DNA from: Atractiella rhizophila
Taxonomy: Eukaryota
Length of the DNA stretch: 57,028 bases
Direction: 5' to 3'
Assembly: GCA_021432655.1 (NCBI GenBank)
Contig: MU271477.1
Span: 1 to 57,028 of the forward strand
Positions 11,887-23,839 of the stretch are shown here, one piece after another. Under the pieces are notes generated by a model. It saw only the letters and a program-made list of their open reading frames with translations, did not search any database and was not told the DNA's origin. A program made the position numbers and the translations under genes. Each line of letters begins with the position of its first letter. Position 1 is the first letter of the stretch.

Positions 11887-14800
11887 ATGAAAATGTCCTC
11901 CACTGCCCCTTCCGACAGCTCCTCAGCTTCAGGATTGGACGAAAATGCTCTATTAGACGATATTAAGGCGCTGGGAGGTGATGAGAGTGATCTGAAGCTT
12001 TTGAAGAGCATTCCCAAGAACTGGCAGAGCGAATCGAAGGTATTGCCTGTAGACGTGAGTTTTTCTCCGCCATTTAGATATTATAGATCGCTGATATAAT
12101 GCAATTATGGCATAGACAAAGGTTGAACGCGAGTTAAAAGCACTCGTAAAGAGCTTGGGGTTCGAAAAAGTCAAGAAGTCCAATGTGAAAGAGGAAGATG
12201 TCAAATCAGATGTTAAGGTGCAGCAGGAAGCTGTGGAAGAGGAGGACAAAGAGGAGAGAGAGAGTAAGGAGATGAGGAAAGTTCGGGAGCGAGTAGAAAA
12301 GGTAGAAAGGAAAGTACCTGAAGGAAAAGGTTGGGTGAGTCTTTCTTTCTGCTAATGGGTTCTGTGGTGAGAGAAAGTGGTTTTTCTTCTTGATGATTTA
12401 TCGGGTGTTCCGCTTGTTTTTGTTTGATTCAGTTCCATGGGTGAGACGTGGGTCGATCATCCAAGTTGCGCGACCTCCATCTAACCATTAATTTCACAAT
12501 AACCGGTGTCAGGTCCTGTCGAAGCCGCATGCTTCCACTCCGTCGTGTCTGTTGATTGCTGTGACTATATTCCTGTTTCCTCCTGAGTAGAAGAAGAGCA
12601 GAAGGCGTTATTGGAAGACCACCCAGCTCACTATTTTGACTTCCCTCAAAGTCAATACCTGGAGCTGATGCTTTAACGCACATCAGCAAGGTATTCCGCT
12701 AGAATGATTATCTGGTTTCATGGAGAAACAAGGCCAAGCAGTATTCAACGGAACTAATTGTCAGAAGACATTAGCTGTGAATGATGCGGTTCCTCTTCGT
12801 GCTTCTCTCCTGATTCCTACTCCTTCAACTTCGACGGACGATTATGGATTTGAGAATTCTAATTCCAGCTTGCTGTTTGAACAAATTAACCTTCTCAAAA
12901 TCGTGCCTGAAAAGTTGAACGACGGTTTGATCCTCCAACAAGTGTGTTAGCGCTGCTTCTTCCTCCAGTTTCGAAGCCTGCGAAACGAAGCGGTATGAAT
13001 GAGAGGTCGTTAGATCACATCCATCATTCCCGTGCTTCTTTCAGAATCCCGAGCTGGAAAGTTCACCCGCCCGAAGTGTCCAGTGGCTCCAGCGCCATGT
13101 TCTTGCGATGGTGCCTTCTAGTAATGCCCGTCTTCTTGTGATACCGCTCATAGAGCTTGGAGTGGGGCAAAACCAGCAGGTCCTTTCATGAAGACATTCA
13201 TTCTGTACTTACTAGAGCGACAATGCCGGATTTGCCATGACAGGCACCGGTTATCGTCACTCACGTCACCATCCCTGCCAAAGGATTGCGGTCAACATAG
13301 TATAATCAACCCTGTTGAGACCGGTCGGCTCTAGTGCACTGTCACGCAATCACCATCGAATTCGATGTTGACAGCAGTGTGAATGCCCCTTTCGTTTCAT
13401 GATTTCCCTCTTGTTTGAGGCCGGGCGATCGGCCCTGGAAGACCCATGGAGCTATTGCTGTCGTCTGTGTTTCTTTCTGGACTGTCAGCCGTCTTAGAAC
13501 ATGCCTCTCGTTCTTCGACGACAGTCGCCAGCACGCAAGATGCCCTGAATCTCTCTCAACTCAACTCTATCGCGACTTTCAAACTTAATTCAATGTTCCG
13601 ATGTTTAGTTTGAGATTATCTCATTTTCGTCTTCGTTGCTTATGGAATCAAAAGTTGACTTCTAGTTTGACAGCTTTCGACCCCAAACTCTCAATGGCAT
13701 GCAGTGGATCTACCAGTCATCTATCCAGCACCGGTCACCGCCTCCCTTACCTCTGACCAGACCTCTGCGCTCAAGGAACATGCTCATTCGCTCCTTTCCT
13801 CGCTACCGTCATCACTCACGTTCATTCCTGCTTCTGACGCACATTTCATCTCGACATTGCTTTCGTCTGGAACTTCAACATCTTCAGATCGTATCTCTGC
13901 TCTCACTCTTCTCGTCACTCAAGCGCCCCTTCATTCCGTGACGCAACTTAACGCGATTTTGAACATTTGTCGGAAGAAGAGCAGAGAAGAATCTGGGCGT
14001 GCAGTTCGGGCTATCGTTGATTGGTTGGCTAGAGCTTCAGGATTGCCTGAACGGAAATTGAAGGTGTTTGAAGATCAACCAGGACTAGACAAAGTAGGAG
14101 GATGGGCCATCCATCTTGGAATGTTGGAGGAGATGAAAGGAAAGCCACAGAAGAGGAACAAGGGGAAGGGGAAGGACAAAGATGAGGGAATGTTGAAGGA
14201 AGAGGTAGAAGCTATCTTGACAGTTTGGGCTTTTGAGGATTTTATGAAAGGGTGGTTCTTCGAAGTTCTGAAGACCATAGAGGTGAGCCTTCCCTTCTGT
14301 CAGCTGAGGACTTGATTGATGGTGAAGTCTAGACACTCTCGCACGATCCGCTGCCTTTCGTTCGCAATCAACAAGTTTCACACCTCTCGCTGCTGCTAAA
14401 GTCAAAGCCAGAACAAGAACAAAACATTCTCGCTCTCCTCGTGAACAAGCTTGTTGGTCTTCAAACCATGTTGTGACTGAAGAACAGTTCTGACCAAACT
14501 GACAGGGAGACCTCGACAAATCCGTCGCCTCAAAAGCGTCTCACGAAATCCTACAAACGCTTCAGTTCCACCCCATGATGAAATCGATCATTATCCGCGA
14601 AGTCGCTAACCTCATCCTTCGACCAACACCTCCTACCGCTCCAGCTCCTCCAGCAAAGTCGAAGAAAGGAAAGAAATCCGCACCGCCGCCGCCATCGGCA
14701 AAAGTCACAGACGCTAATGAACACGCAAGATATTACGGCATCATCACGCTGAATCAGATGGTCTTGTCGAAGGGAAAGGACACGGAAGCCGCGAATAAGA

Positions 14801-16694
14801 TGATTGAGGTATATTTCGAGATGTTCGAAGACGTCCTAGGACGGACTGCCGATGAAGAGAAGCAAAAGGAGAAACCGGATGACGAAGAGGAGGAGTCAGA
14901 TTCGGTGGATGAAGAGACAGAAGGGAGAATGAATAAGCTCAAGCGCAAAAGGTTCGAGCGGACAGGGACGGGAAAGTCGAGGAAAGAGAAAAATCGACAA
15001 GACAAGGCGACTAAGGGGGGTCCGAAGGACGATAATCAAGATGTCGGAGATGGAGAGAGCAAATTTATGGCTGCCATATTGTCTGGTGTCAACCGCGCGT
15101 TCCCCTACTCCAATTTTGACGACGAATTGTAAGTCCCCGTCTAACTCGACAGAATTGGGCGTTGACAACGTTGTGCAGGCTACAGCGGCGGATGGATACG
15201 CTGTTCAAAGTGACGCACACTAGCACATTAAACGTGATGATCCAATCATTGCAACTGATTTATACCATCTCATCATCTCGCCGGGTGCATTTTCTCTTCC
15301 CCGTTCTCCCGAAATTACCAGGATCCAGATTGCTGAAATGTCCATGTGGGGTCCGCAGAAAGTATCCGACCGGTTCTTCCGCACGCTCTACGATTCTCTC
15401 CTCGACCCACGTCTCGAGTCTTCATCCAAACAAGCGCTGTATCTCAATTTAGTATTCAAGGCTTTGAAAGCGGATGAAAGTTTTGAGCGTGTTGCAGCTT
15501 TCGTGAAACGGATATTCCAGATTTTGGCAGCGCATCAACCGCCTTTCGTTTGCGGTGCTCTTTTCCTCTTATCCGAGGTATGCATCCTCTTTTGACGGCA
15601 AGAGTAGGAACGTTGACTTGTCTTACTCCAGCTCTTCAAGACTACTCCGAAGTTGAGAGTTTTGCTTGATGGGCCATCTGACAAGGAAGGAGGGGAATAC
15701 GATTGGAGGAAGCGGGATCCTCAGTACGCTCACGCGGAGACAACGTGTCTATGGGAGCTCGTGCGTGCATCCAATTTGACTCGCAATACAAGAAACGAAA
15801 CTGACGGGCTTCGGGTACAGACGCCGTTCTTGACACACTACCACCCGCTAGCAGTGCACCTCTCCGCCTCACTGCTCGCCTCGGATCCCGTCCCATCGTC
15901 TTATTCCCATCTGGAAAAGCTCACGACAGCACACCTCCTGGACAGGTTCGCCTACAGGAGCGCGAAGAAGGAGTTTTCGTCAAAAGGCTCCTCCCTCATG
16001 CAGAGCGGGGTGCAAGGACAGGATAAAACGGGGATGGTCAGTTTGAGGAAAGGCACTGGGATGGTGGACGAGTTGGCGGTCAATGAGAGGCGGTTCTGGA
16101 GGATGAAGAGGGAAAAGGTGGAGCCTGATCTCGTCCGTTTTCCTTTTCTTCAATTCTTGAAGAATGCCGGGCTGATGAGATGAATATCAGTGGTTTTTCC
16201 ATACATATTTCAACCTCAAGCATCAGAAGATGGCGAATGAAGAAGTCGAGCCGACAAAGGGAGGACAGGATGTGGACGAGTTCGCCCGAAGTGAGAGTGA
16301 AGATGAGCCTGACGAAGAGGAGGAGAAGGAGATTTGGAAGGCTATGAAGTCCTCATTGCCTGCAGATGGTGACTTGGATGATGACATTTCAATGGGATCT
16401 GGAGCTGGAGGGGAGGACGATGAGGACCTTGAAGGCTTCGACGCCATGTCCTTCGACTTCTCAGGTTCTGGATCCGACGATGGCGCTGGCGAGAAATTTA
16501 ACGACGACGAAGACGACCTGCTGGATAGCGACGAGGACATCGTGATTGGTGGATCTGATGCGTCGGCAGGAGAGGATGAGGAGGCCGAGTCGGGGAGGCG
16601 GAAGAAGAGGAAGTCGGTGAAGAATCTACCGCTGTTCGCGACGGCGGAAGAATACGAGCATCTTCTTCAAGACTCGGGTGAAAGCGATGGATGA
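11887..16694 (+). CDS. MAK21: Noc1/Mak21 (CBF/CEBPZ family) 60S biogenesis factor; start at 11887 or 11893
   Basis: Motifs [86 protein letters not shown]; acidic tail ending [14 protein letters not shown]; includes a 1,339-nt phase-0 intron 12335-13673. Confidence 0.96.
12386..13553 (+). ncRNA. Candidate ~1.16-kb structured intronic RNA with box C/D-like termini (telomerase-RNA-like core)
   Basis: UUGAUGA 12390-12396 and CUGA 13545-13548; external stem 12368-12374/13552-13558; long-range helices 12432-12442/13442-13452 and 12499-12510/13243-13254; many local hairpins; no credible ORF. Confidence 0.65.
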
Positions 16695-17629
16695 GATCGA
16701 TGAGATGAGATGGTCGACATGTCATCCCGTCGAAGGGAAGCAACGGGAACATGTCTGATTGCAATGAATGGACGTCTTCGCTTGATGCTAGCGTTTCAAC
16801 CTACCGATGTCGTGGCTCGTCCTGCATTGTTCTTAGGTTTTCGAGTTGAGTTTGGAAACCTCGAGTGCTCTCAAAATTCTCATCAAGTCCTTGTTAAAGG
16901 CGTCGGGAAATTCTACCACAAAGATCTGAGAGAGATAAAGTCCCGCGCAGCCAATGAAGGGCCGGACCGTACCCCGGTGTGATGACCAGGGTGACCCAAA
17001 CCCTAAGTAGCCCACGAGAAAAACCTAAAAACGGTGAACCTTCTCTGTTCGCCCTCTTCCCCTTTGATTGAGCGTGAAAAACAACATCGCTGAGAATTCG
17101 CCCCTTCCGCGATAAAGGTACGTGTTCTTTCGCGCTAGATGCACTGGAACGCATCGAGATGTTGTGGAGCCTCAAGAACAAAAGATGGTCGAAACCTTGA
17201 GCTAGATGAACTCAACTCTTCTTTTTTTCTTGATCAAAGTTGACTTCAAGGTTTTCCTGCGATTGAGTTCGTTCCTGGGTGCTTTTGCGCGGTTCAGTAG
17301 ACGTGTGCTTGGAGGGGGTCCAGCGCTCATTTATCTGGTTCAATCATACACATCACCGAGCTCGTCTGCGGTGGCGTGCTGTTGATGCGCTGGTGTGGGA
17401 AAGCGCAAAGTCGGTGAGCGCAGGCTGGATTTCAGTGAATGTCCAATTCTGTCGAGACGTCGGTGGGATGAGCTTGATTCGGTTCGTGGGTTAGACGAAT
17501 CTCATGCTGACTTGGTTTCTTCCGCATGTGCAGCACAAATTGAAGGAAATCTCACGACGCCTATCTGCTAATTAGCGTGACAGTCACCAATTCTTTGGAG
17601 TCTCATAAACCCTTCTCCTCAATTTTTCA

Positions 17630-19845
17630 ATGGCCGCCTCTTCCAACGACTTCCCTCTCCAGCTCCCTTCCTCTGCTTCGGCGAACAACCAGATCGCCTC
17701 AAGACCTTCATCCACGAACGGTCTCCAGAACAACTCCGGTCACGGCGGTACGACTCCAAACGACGATTTCTCGATTCCTTTGGACCCTGCGTTAGGTGCT
17801 GTAAACGGAGGACCAGTCTCAAGGTTAGCACAAAATTTGGCTGAGATTATTTCACCTTCTTCGGCTTTCTAAATCTTGATATAAGACACCTGAGCATAAA
17901 GCTTGCGTCCCTCCAACAGTGCACTTCCTCTTGTTCTCTTGTTGATCTCGCGCGATTCTCGATTTCTCTTACATGGATCCAAAAGTAGTAGAGCCTTCTT
18001 ATCGCATTCTTCTGCTCCCTTGTTGATTATTTATCAATCGCGTTGCTGCTCTTTTCTTGTTCTCCTGACTCGCCGTCCGAGTTCTGACTTTTGCTTCCCT
18101 TTGACCCTTTACGCGTCGACCGAACGACAACAGCTCTCAAGACTCGCCTCCTCATCGTCAGACACCTTCGATCCCTGTCGAACCGCTTCTCGACCAACAA
18201 GTGGACACTCTCGCCTATTCCGACGTTCAGCACCAGCACGAGTCAGACCACTCCCGACAACCCCAACATTACCATTCCCAAATCCAAGGTTCGTTCGAGG
18301 ACGAATCGCTGCTTGAGAGCTCGGTGCCGAAGAGCAAGAGAGTGAAGAAATCGTCTTCAATGGCTACAGGTGGAGAACCCGCTTTTCGGGGATACGTCGA
18401 ATCGACACTCGACGCTCTGTTGATCCTTGAGGCTTGTCGTCGAGGCGTCTGTCCGAAGATCACCAGGAGACTTCAGGAGCAGGAGAAGAGGCTCATCACC
18501 TCCGGATCGATCTTTGTATTCGAAGAAGGAGAGGCTGGCATCAGGAGGTGGACCGACGGCCTGGTCTGGAGCCCTTCGAGGATCCTTCAGAACTTTCTCG
18601 TCTATCGTGAACTCGACAAACGCACGACTGGCCATCCCATGGGTCAAGGTGCTCAACCTGGAGTTGAGGGATACCCGCCTGATCAATCGGTCGATTATGG
18701 ACAGATGGAGAGGGAGGACCAGAAGTCGGACGCGATCGATCGGTCGAGGGAACGCGCTCTCGTTGGCTCTTTGACGTCGTCGTATCGGTTCAAGAAGGAC
18801 GGACTGGTGAAGAAGACGATTTCGATCTCGGGAATGCATCTCATCAGTTACTACAAGATGGACGACGTCCTCACCGGTCGTTTACGCACTCCTTCCTCCC
18901 AACCCGAACTACAATCCCTCGAGATCTCTCCATCCCTCCTCGTGAACCAAAACTTCCGTGTACCTCCTCATATCGAAATCGGTCCAGACGGACAGGCGAG
19001 ATACAGGGGAGAGAATTCAGACGGTGATGCTGCCGTCGGAGCCGTGATTGGGAGCTCGAGCGGATCGGTTCCTGCAGGCATGAACATCCCCATTGGGGAG
19101 AATGGTATGAACGGAGCCGGAGGGAAGTATGCCACTCCGACTCCTGCCCGAAAACCTCGAGCGGCTGGCAAGATCACCGGACCGCCAAAAACTGGAGCTG
19201 CAGCGAGAGCAGCGGCCGTCGAACAAGGAGGAATGCTTCCTGGACGCGATGGAACGCCAGTGAAGCCTTTGGCAGAGTTTGGAGGGGGACCCGGAGGAGT
19301 TGGACCAGCTGATAGCTATAGGAAGAACTCGCAGAATCGATACAATCCTTATCCCACCGTTTCGAGGGGATCGGCCCCCAATCCTCAAACCCCTCATTCT
19401 TTCAATGGTTTTGCAACGAACGAGCGACCAGGGTCAACCCCAAATGCTGCTCCTCCCGCCGGTGACTGGACTGGTCATTACGCACCTCCACCTGCTCAAG
19501 GCGGAACCTATGGCGCAGCGCCAGGCTACCATCCGGCACCTCAGGACTCCTATAACCTCTCTGCTGCCAATTACCCTCGAGGCGGACCATCCCCTACCCC
19601 TGGCTATCCCATGGCAAACCAAGCCAGGGTATGTAGCCTTCCGTATTGAACTCACCTACTTTTCATCACTGATTTCTCTCATACAGGGCTCCCATGGTGG
19701 TGCATACAACAACCAGCCTTACAACTACCCGGAATACACTTCCGACGGTCGATCTTCCTCTACTCAAGGATATCAGTATCCTCCCAACTCTGCTCCCGGA
19801 TACGGCGCCGGCGGTTACGACCAATCCTACTACGGAGGGAAGTAG
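17630..19845 (+). CDS. Gti1/Pac2 (WOPR) family transcription regulator
   Basis: WOPR motifs FRGYVESTLDALLILEAC, ITSGSIFVF, GIRRWTDGLVWSPSR, FLVYREL, FKKDGLVKKTISI, HLISYY; inferred introns 17824-18133 and 19629-19686; first exon less certain. Confidence 0.9.
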
Positions 19846-20901
19846 AAACGGACACCAAAAAGCTCTCTTTTAATGAGCGACTCTTTTGTTCTCCTTTTGA
19901 TTCTGTTTCCCCAAATTTGTGATATCTCACGACTGGAGTGCTTTCAAGATTTTTCTGTCTCAAGTATTTATGAGAGGTTGGTTGTTTCGGTAAGCGTGAA
20001 GACCTTTTTCGTCCTCGCCTGCTCTTTCTTCAGCTCAGTTGGGCCGTGCCGGTGGATATTTCTGGAGGTTTGTGTTGAAGTGCGATTGTTGTTTTGAACA
20101 GATTTACAACGTCTACTCTTCTTTGCTCAAGAGTGCCATCATCCAAGTTTTGTCACGAACAGTTTCCTCCCCTTCCACGTTCTCCTCTTTGATCCCCCTC
20201 TTGCGTTTCGAATCGACTGCTTTCAGAAACAACCCCAAGCTTTTGTTATCGGTTTTGTCGTAAACCGTACCATCATCCTTCCCCTTTCTCTCATCTTTTG
20301 TTCAGGTTATCATTCCTAGAATTGCTCTTCATCTGTTTCTTGCCGTCCTTCTAAAGCTTTATGTTTCTATGTCTCTTTTGCTCAAGAACCCTTGCCCTTC
20401 TTATTCAATATATCAATCAGTCGTCATGTCCTGTTCCAACAGATGATCCAAAGAAAGCGAAATCTCTATTCTTCTCCATCCTACTTGTTTAGCGAAGCCG
20501 GTCGGATCAAAATGGCCTGTTGGCATAGAATCGATTACTCAAGAGTAGAGGAGGAGGAACGTGGATCAGGACGATGGATTAGAGCAGAGAGCGTTGAGAT
20601 GACTGTAATATTAAACGCACAGACGGTCAATGTATACAAGACATCCTTTCAACCGAAAGCAGGCGAAGATTCAGACAGGGAAGCAGACGAGAAAAGTCAG
20701 AGAGTCATACATGCGACGATTCCTGTAAGTGTAGGTATCAAAAAAATCAAGAAAAGGCGAAAGAGAAAAAGGTCAAGATAAATGCGATTCCAGTTAGATC
20801 GTCCCAAGCAAATGAGAATAAAGAAATCTTTTGATGTGCACGGTGATCTACTCGCGTCACGGATCGTGGAACGGATAGAAGTGTGGGAGAGGAGGGGACA
20901 T

Positions 20902-23592
20902 TCATCGGAAGACGACGGTGACAGAAATGCTATCCCAAGCCTGGGTGCTCATCCCTCTATCTCCTTTATGGTTGGATGCGGGACCAGGACCTCCAAATTT
21001 CAACACTCGATTGTCGCCATCCGTCCTCCTCGATTCCTCGAGCTCCCTCTCCCTCTCTCTCCTCGTGATCCCGCTCCCTCCCGCGTTCGACTCGTTCGAA
21101 TATTGGCCGTTCATCTGGGCAGAGGTTGATGTCGAGGTTGAGGTGGGAGCGGTAGTAGAAGTAGACGTAGATGTAGAAGTTGTGTTGGTTGCTGTGGGTG
21201 ATGGAGGGATAGATGGATGCATGTACGCTCGTAGCTCTGCTAGGTCTTTGACCGCGGAAATCGACTCTGGGGGATCTAGGGAGAGGAACGTGACGAGATC
21301 TGTTAATAATGAAGTGAGTAAATGAAAGCAAATGGTGTGGAAGTGGAGACACTCACCGTCTTCGGCTTCGTGAAACTTCTCCAGTTGCCCCAGCTTCCCC
21401 ATCTCGATCCTCGCTCTCGCTCTCCTCCAGAGAGCCTTCGTATTGAGCCGATGTCGTTGGAGGACCCAGGTGCAGTCCGCCTCGGCATCCTTGAAGCTAC
21501 ATACAAGCAAAACCAAAGGCAAAATCGAAATCAGTTCGTGTCGCAATGTCACTCGGGAGAGCGGAGAAAGAGGGAAATGAGGTGAAGGACGTACAGAGAG
21601 AGTTTGAGATAAGCCATAGCCCTATTGAGGACATAGACAGGCAATCGGTTTTCGGTTTCATGAGCGTCGGTGTAGAGACGTATGGCTTCATGATAATTTC
21701 CCTTCTTGAACTCGGCGTTCCCTTCATCCTTCATCTCCTCCGCCATCGCATACCTCTCCTCACTCGTCCTCCCCGCCAAATTCTTAAACTCCCTCCACTC
21801 GTCCTCGACCTCCATCCTTCCCTTCCCTTTCCCACCCCCACTTCCCGTTCCAGAGCTCGCATTGCTCAAACTTCCCGGAGAATTAGGTCTCGAAGACGAA
21901 TCAGGCGGTGACAAATGGTTGTGATCGTGATTATTAGAGCAGGAATGGAGATGCCGGTTTCTTTTCTGCGGAGGGTTGGTGGACGAGGAGGAGGAGGAGG
22001 AAGTTGGAGGGGGAGAAGGGAAGTCGAAATCTTTGATCGAGTTCAAGGGAGCGAGCGACCAAGCCCACATGTCCTCCTCCTTATTCGTTCCCCAGCCAGG
22101 AATCCTCGTCCCCCTCGCGTCCCAACCTTCCGGTAACCTCTCCCCAGCGGCCATCGCCATCCCAGGGGGACCCATCTGACGCGGCGGGGAGTTCGAGTGC
22201 GAGTACGAGTTCGAATTCGGTGAGTTGGAGATGGTGAGTCTGTGTGCAGCGCGTTCCTTCGCTTCGCGCTCTCTGATGTCCTTCTCCCACTTACACGCTT
22301 CGATCCAGACGAGCAAGCCTCCGCCTGCGCTATTGAACACTCCCGACCCTTGAGCGTACGATGGCACGTCGAACTCTTTGACCGTATCCCAGAGGACCTG
22401 TTGTAAGAGGGAATAACCACGCTGTAGACGGGTCTTGAGGAGGTCGATTTGTTCTTGCTTCCGATGTTCTTCTACCATCACGTCCACGACTTCTCCGCCG
22501 TTCATCGTTCCTTTTCCCTTCCCCTTCCCCTTCCCATTCGCACCACCTTCCGAACTCGGCGAAGGAACAGAACCGTTCTTCGCCCCTCCACGCGAGGCGG
22601 TACCGTTCGGATTCCCATTCCTACCTCCCATGCCCATCACGCTCCTCCCCTGTTCGACCCACTCCTCACAGACCGTTTCCAGCGACTTGGGGATGAGGAG
22701 CGTGGGGACGGTGACGTCTCTCTCTTTTCGTTTGCCTTTGGGAGGGAGGAGGTGGGGTATGAGGGACGGGGTGGGATAGCGTTGGCCGTTCGCTTTGCCG
22801 GACGGACAGCGCACGGGAGGGAGGGTGCGGAGGAGGGATTTGAGGAGGCTGAGGTGTTGGAGGAGGGAGGAGGGTTGGAGTCCGGTCGCTGCTCATGACC
22901 TTGTGAGGGAGGATGACGAGGAGGATGGAAGGGAAGACGCACGCGGTATACGGACGCCTGCTTCGCGGAGCTACAGGTCACGCACCGTACGATAGATAGA
23001 TGGAGGCATTAAATAATGGATAGAGACACATGGACAGACGCAGGAGAATGAAAATCAACATCCCGTCTCGCACTTCGTGAGAGGAAAGACAGACCTTAGC
23101 TCTGATCCATAGATAGGTCCACTCGGCAGAACAAGTGACCACTCTCTCATCTAGCTCCCTCCAATCGCCTTCGAAGCCTCTCCTGAAATAATCCCTGACC
23201 TCTTCTCCCCTCGCATTGTAGAGGAACCAAGTCGGAGGGACCAAGCTGGTGCTGAGCACCGTCTTCACGAGCCCGACGAGTTTCTTCTTGGAGATCCAAT
23301 AGATCCTCGTGGCGTAGAGACGGAGGATGTCCCACTCGAGACGCCTGAGGAAGATGCCGGAGAGGACGTTGGAGAGCTGGAGCTGAGGCACGGGCAGCGA
23401 CGGATGGGAGCAGCACGGACACACGCCCGAGGTCTCGTATGCTTCTACCCCGTCTTCGTCCTCTGCTGTCCCGTTCGCGTAGCCGTTGGCAGCCAATGCG
23501 CCGTTCGTCTTGGTGCGAAGTTGGGTGCTGGCGCTGCCGGAGGAATTGACGGGCCGTCTGCGGGTGGGCGCCTTGCCGCGTGGTCTAGTCAT
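20902..23592 (-). CDS. TPR-repeat protein with long low-complexity regions
   Basis: AEEMKDEGNAEFKKGNYHEAIRLYTDAH, VYVLNRAMAYLKL, AEADCTWVL, NTKALWRRARAR are typical TPR helices. Confidence 0.8.
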
Positions 23593-23839
23593 GACTACGA
23601 TAAATAGTACAGAGAGAAGGACAGGCAGAGGGAGTAGATGGCACTGTGCAGTAAGCTGAGCAGAAATCGTCGTCCAAAAGGCACCGCATTTATGTGTTGC
23701 GAATGCCCATCTTCAATTTGAAATGGACAAGCCAGATCAGATACTCCACTGTTTTGGTCTTCAGGGGTCTTCTTCTTATCCACCAACATCCTCGCCTATT
23801 CCTACTTGTATTCTCATCATATTCTCGTCATATTCTCAC

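Noticed and set aside
12567..12574. ATATTCCT resembling the snR30/U17 m1 motif in the NOC1 intron
   Set aside because: No AAACCAU m2 motif with an ACA box at the required spacing; the nearest look-alike (AAACCAG near 13170) is ~600 nt away
12429..13141. Short ORFs (65-86 aa) within the NOC1 intron
   Set aside because: No recognisable motifs or exon chain; better explained as chance ORFs in a structured RNA
16992..17006. ACCCAAACCCTAA telomere-like motif upstream of the WOPR gene
   Set aside because: Single short match with no supporting structure noticed; expected by chance or as a promoter telo-box
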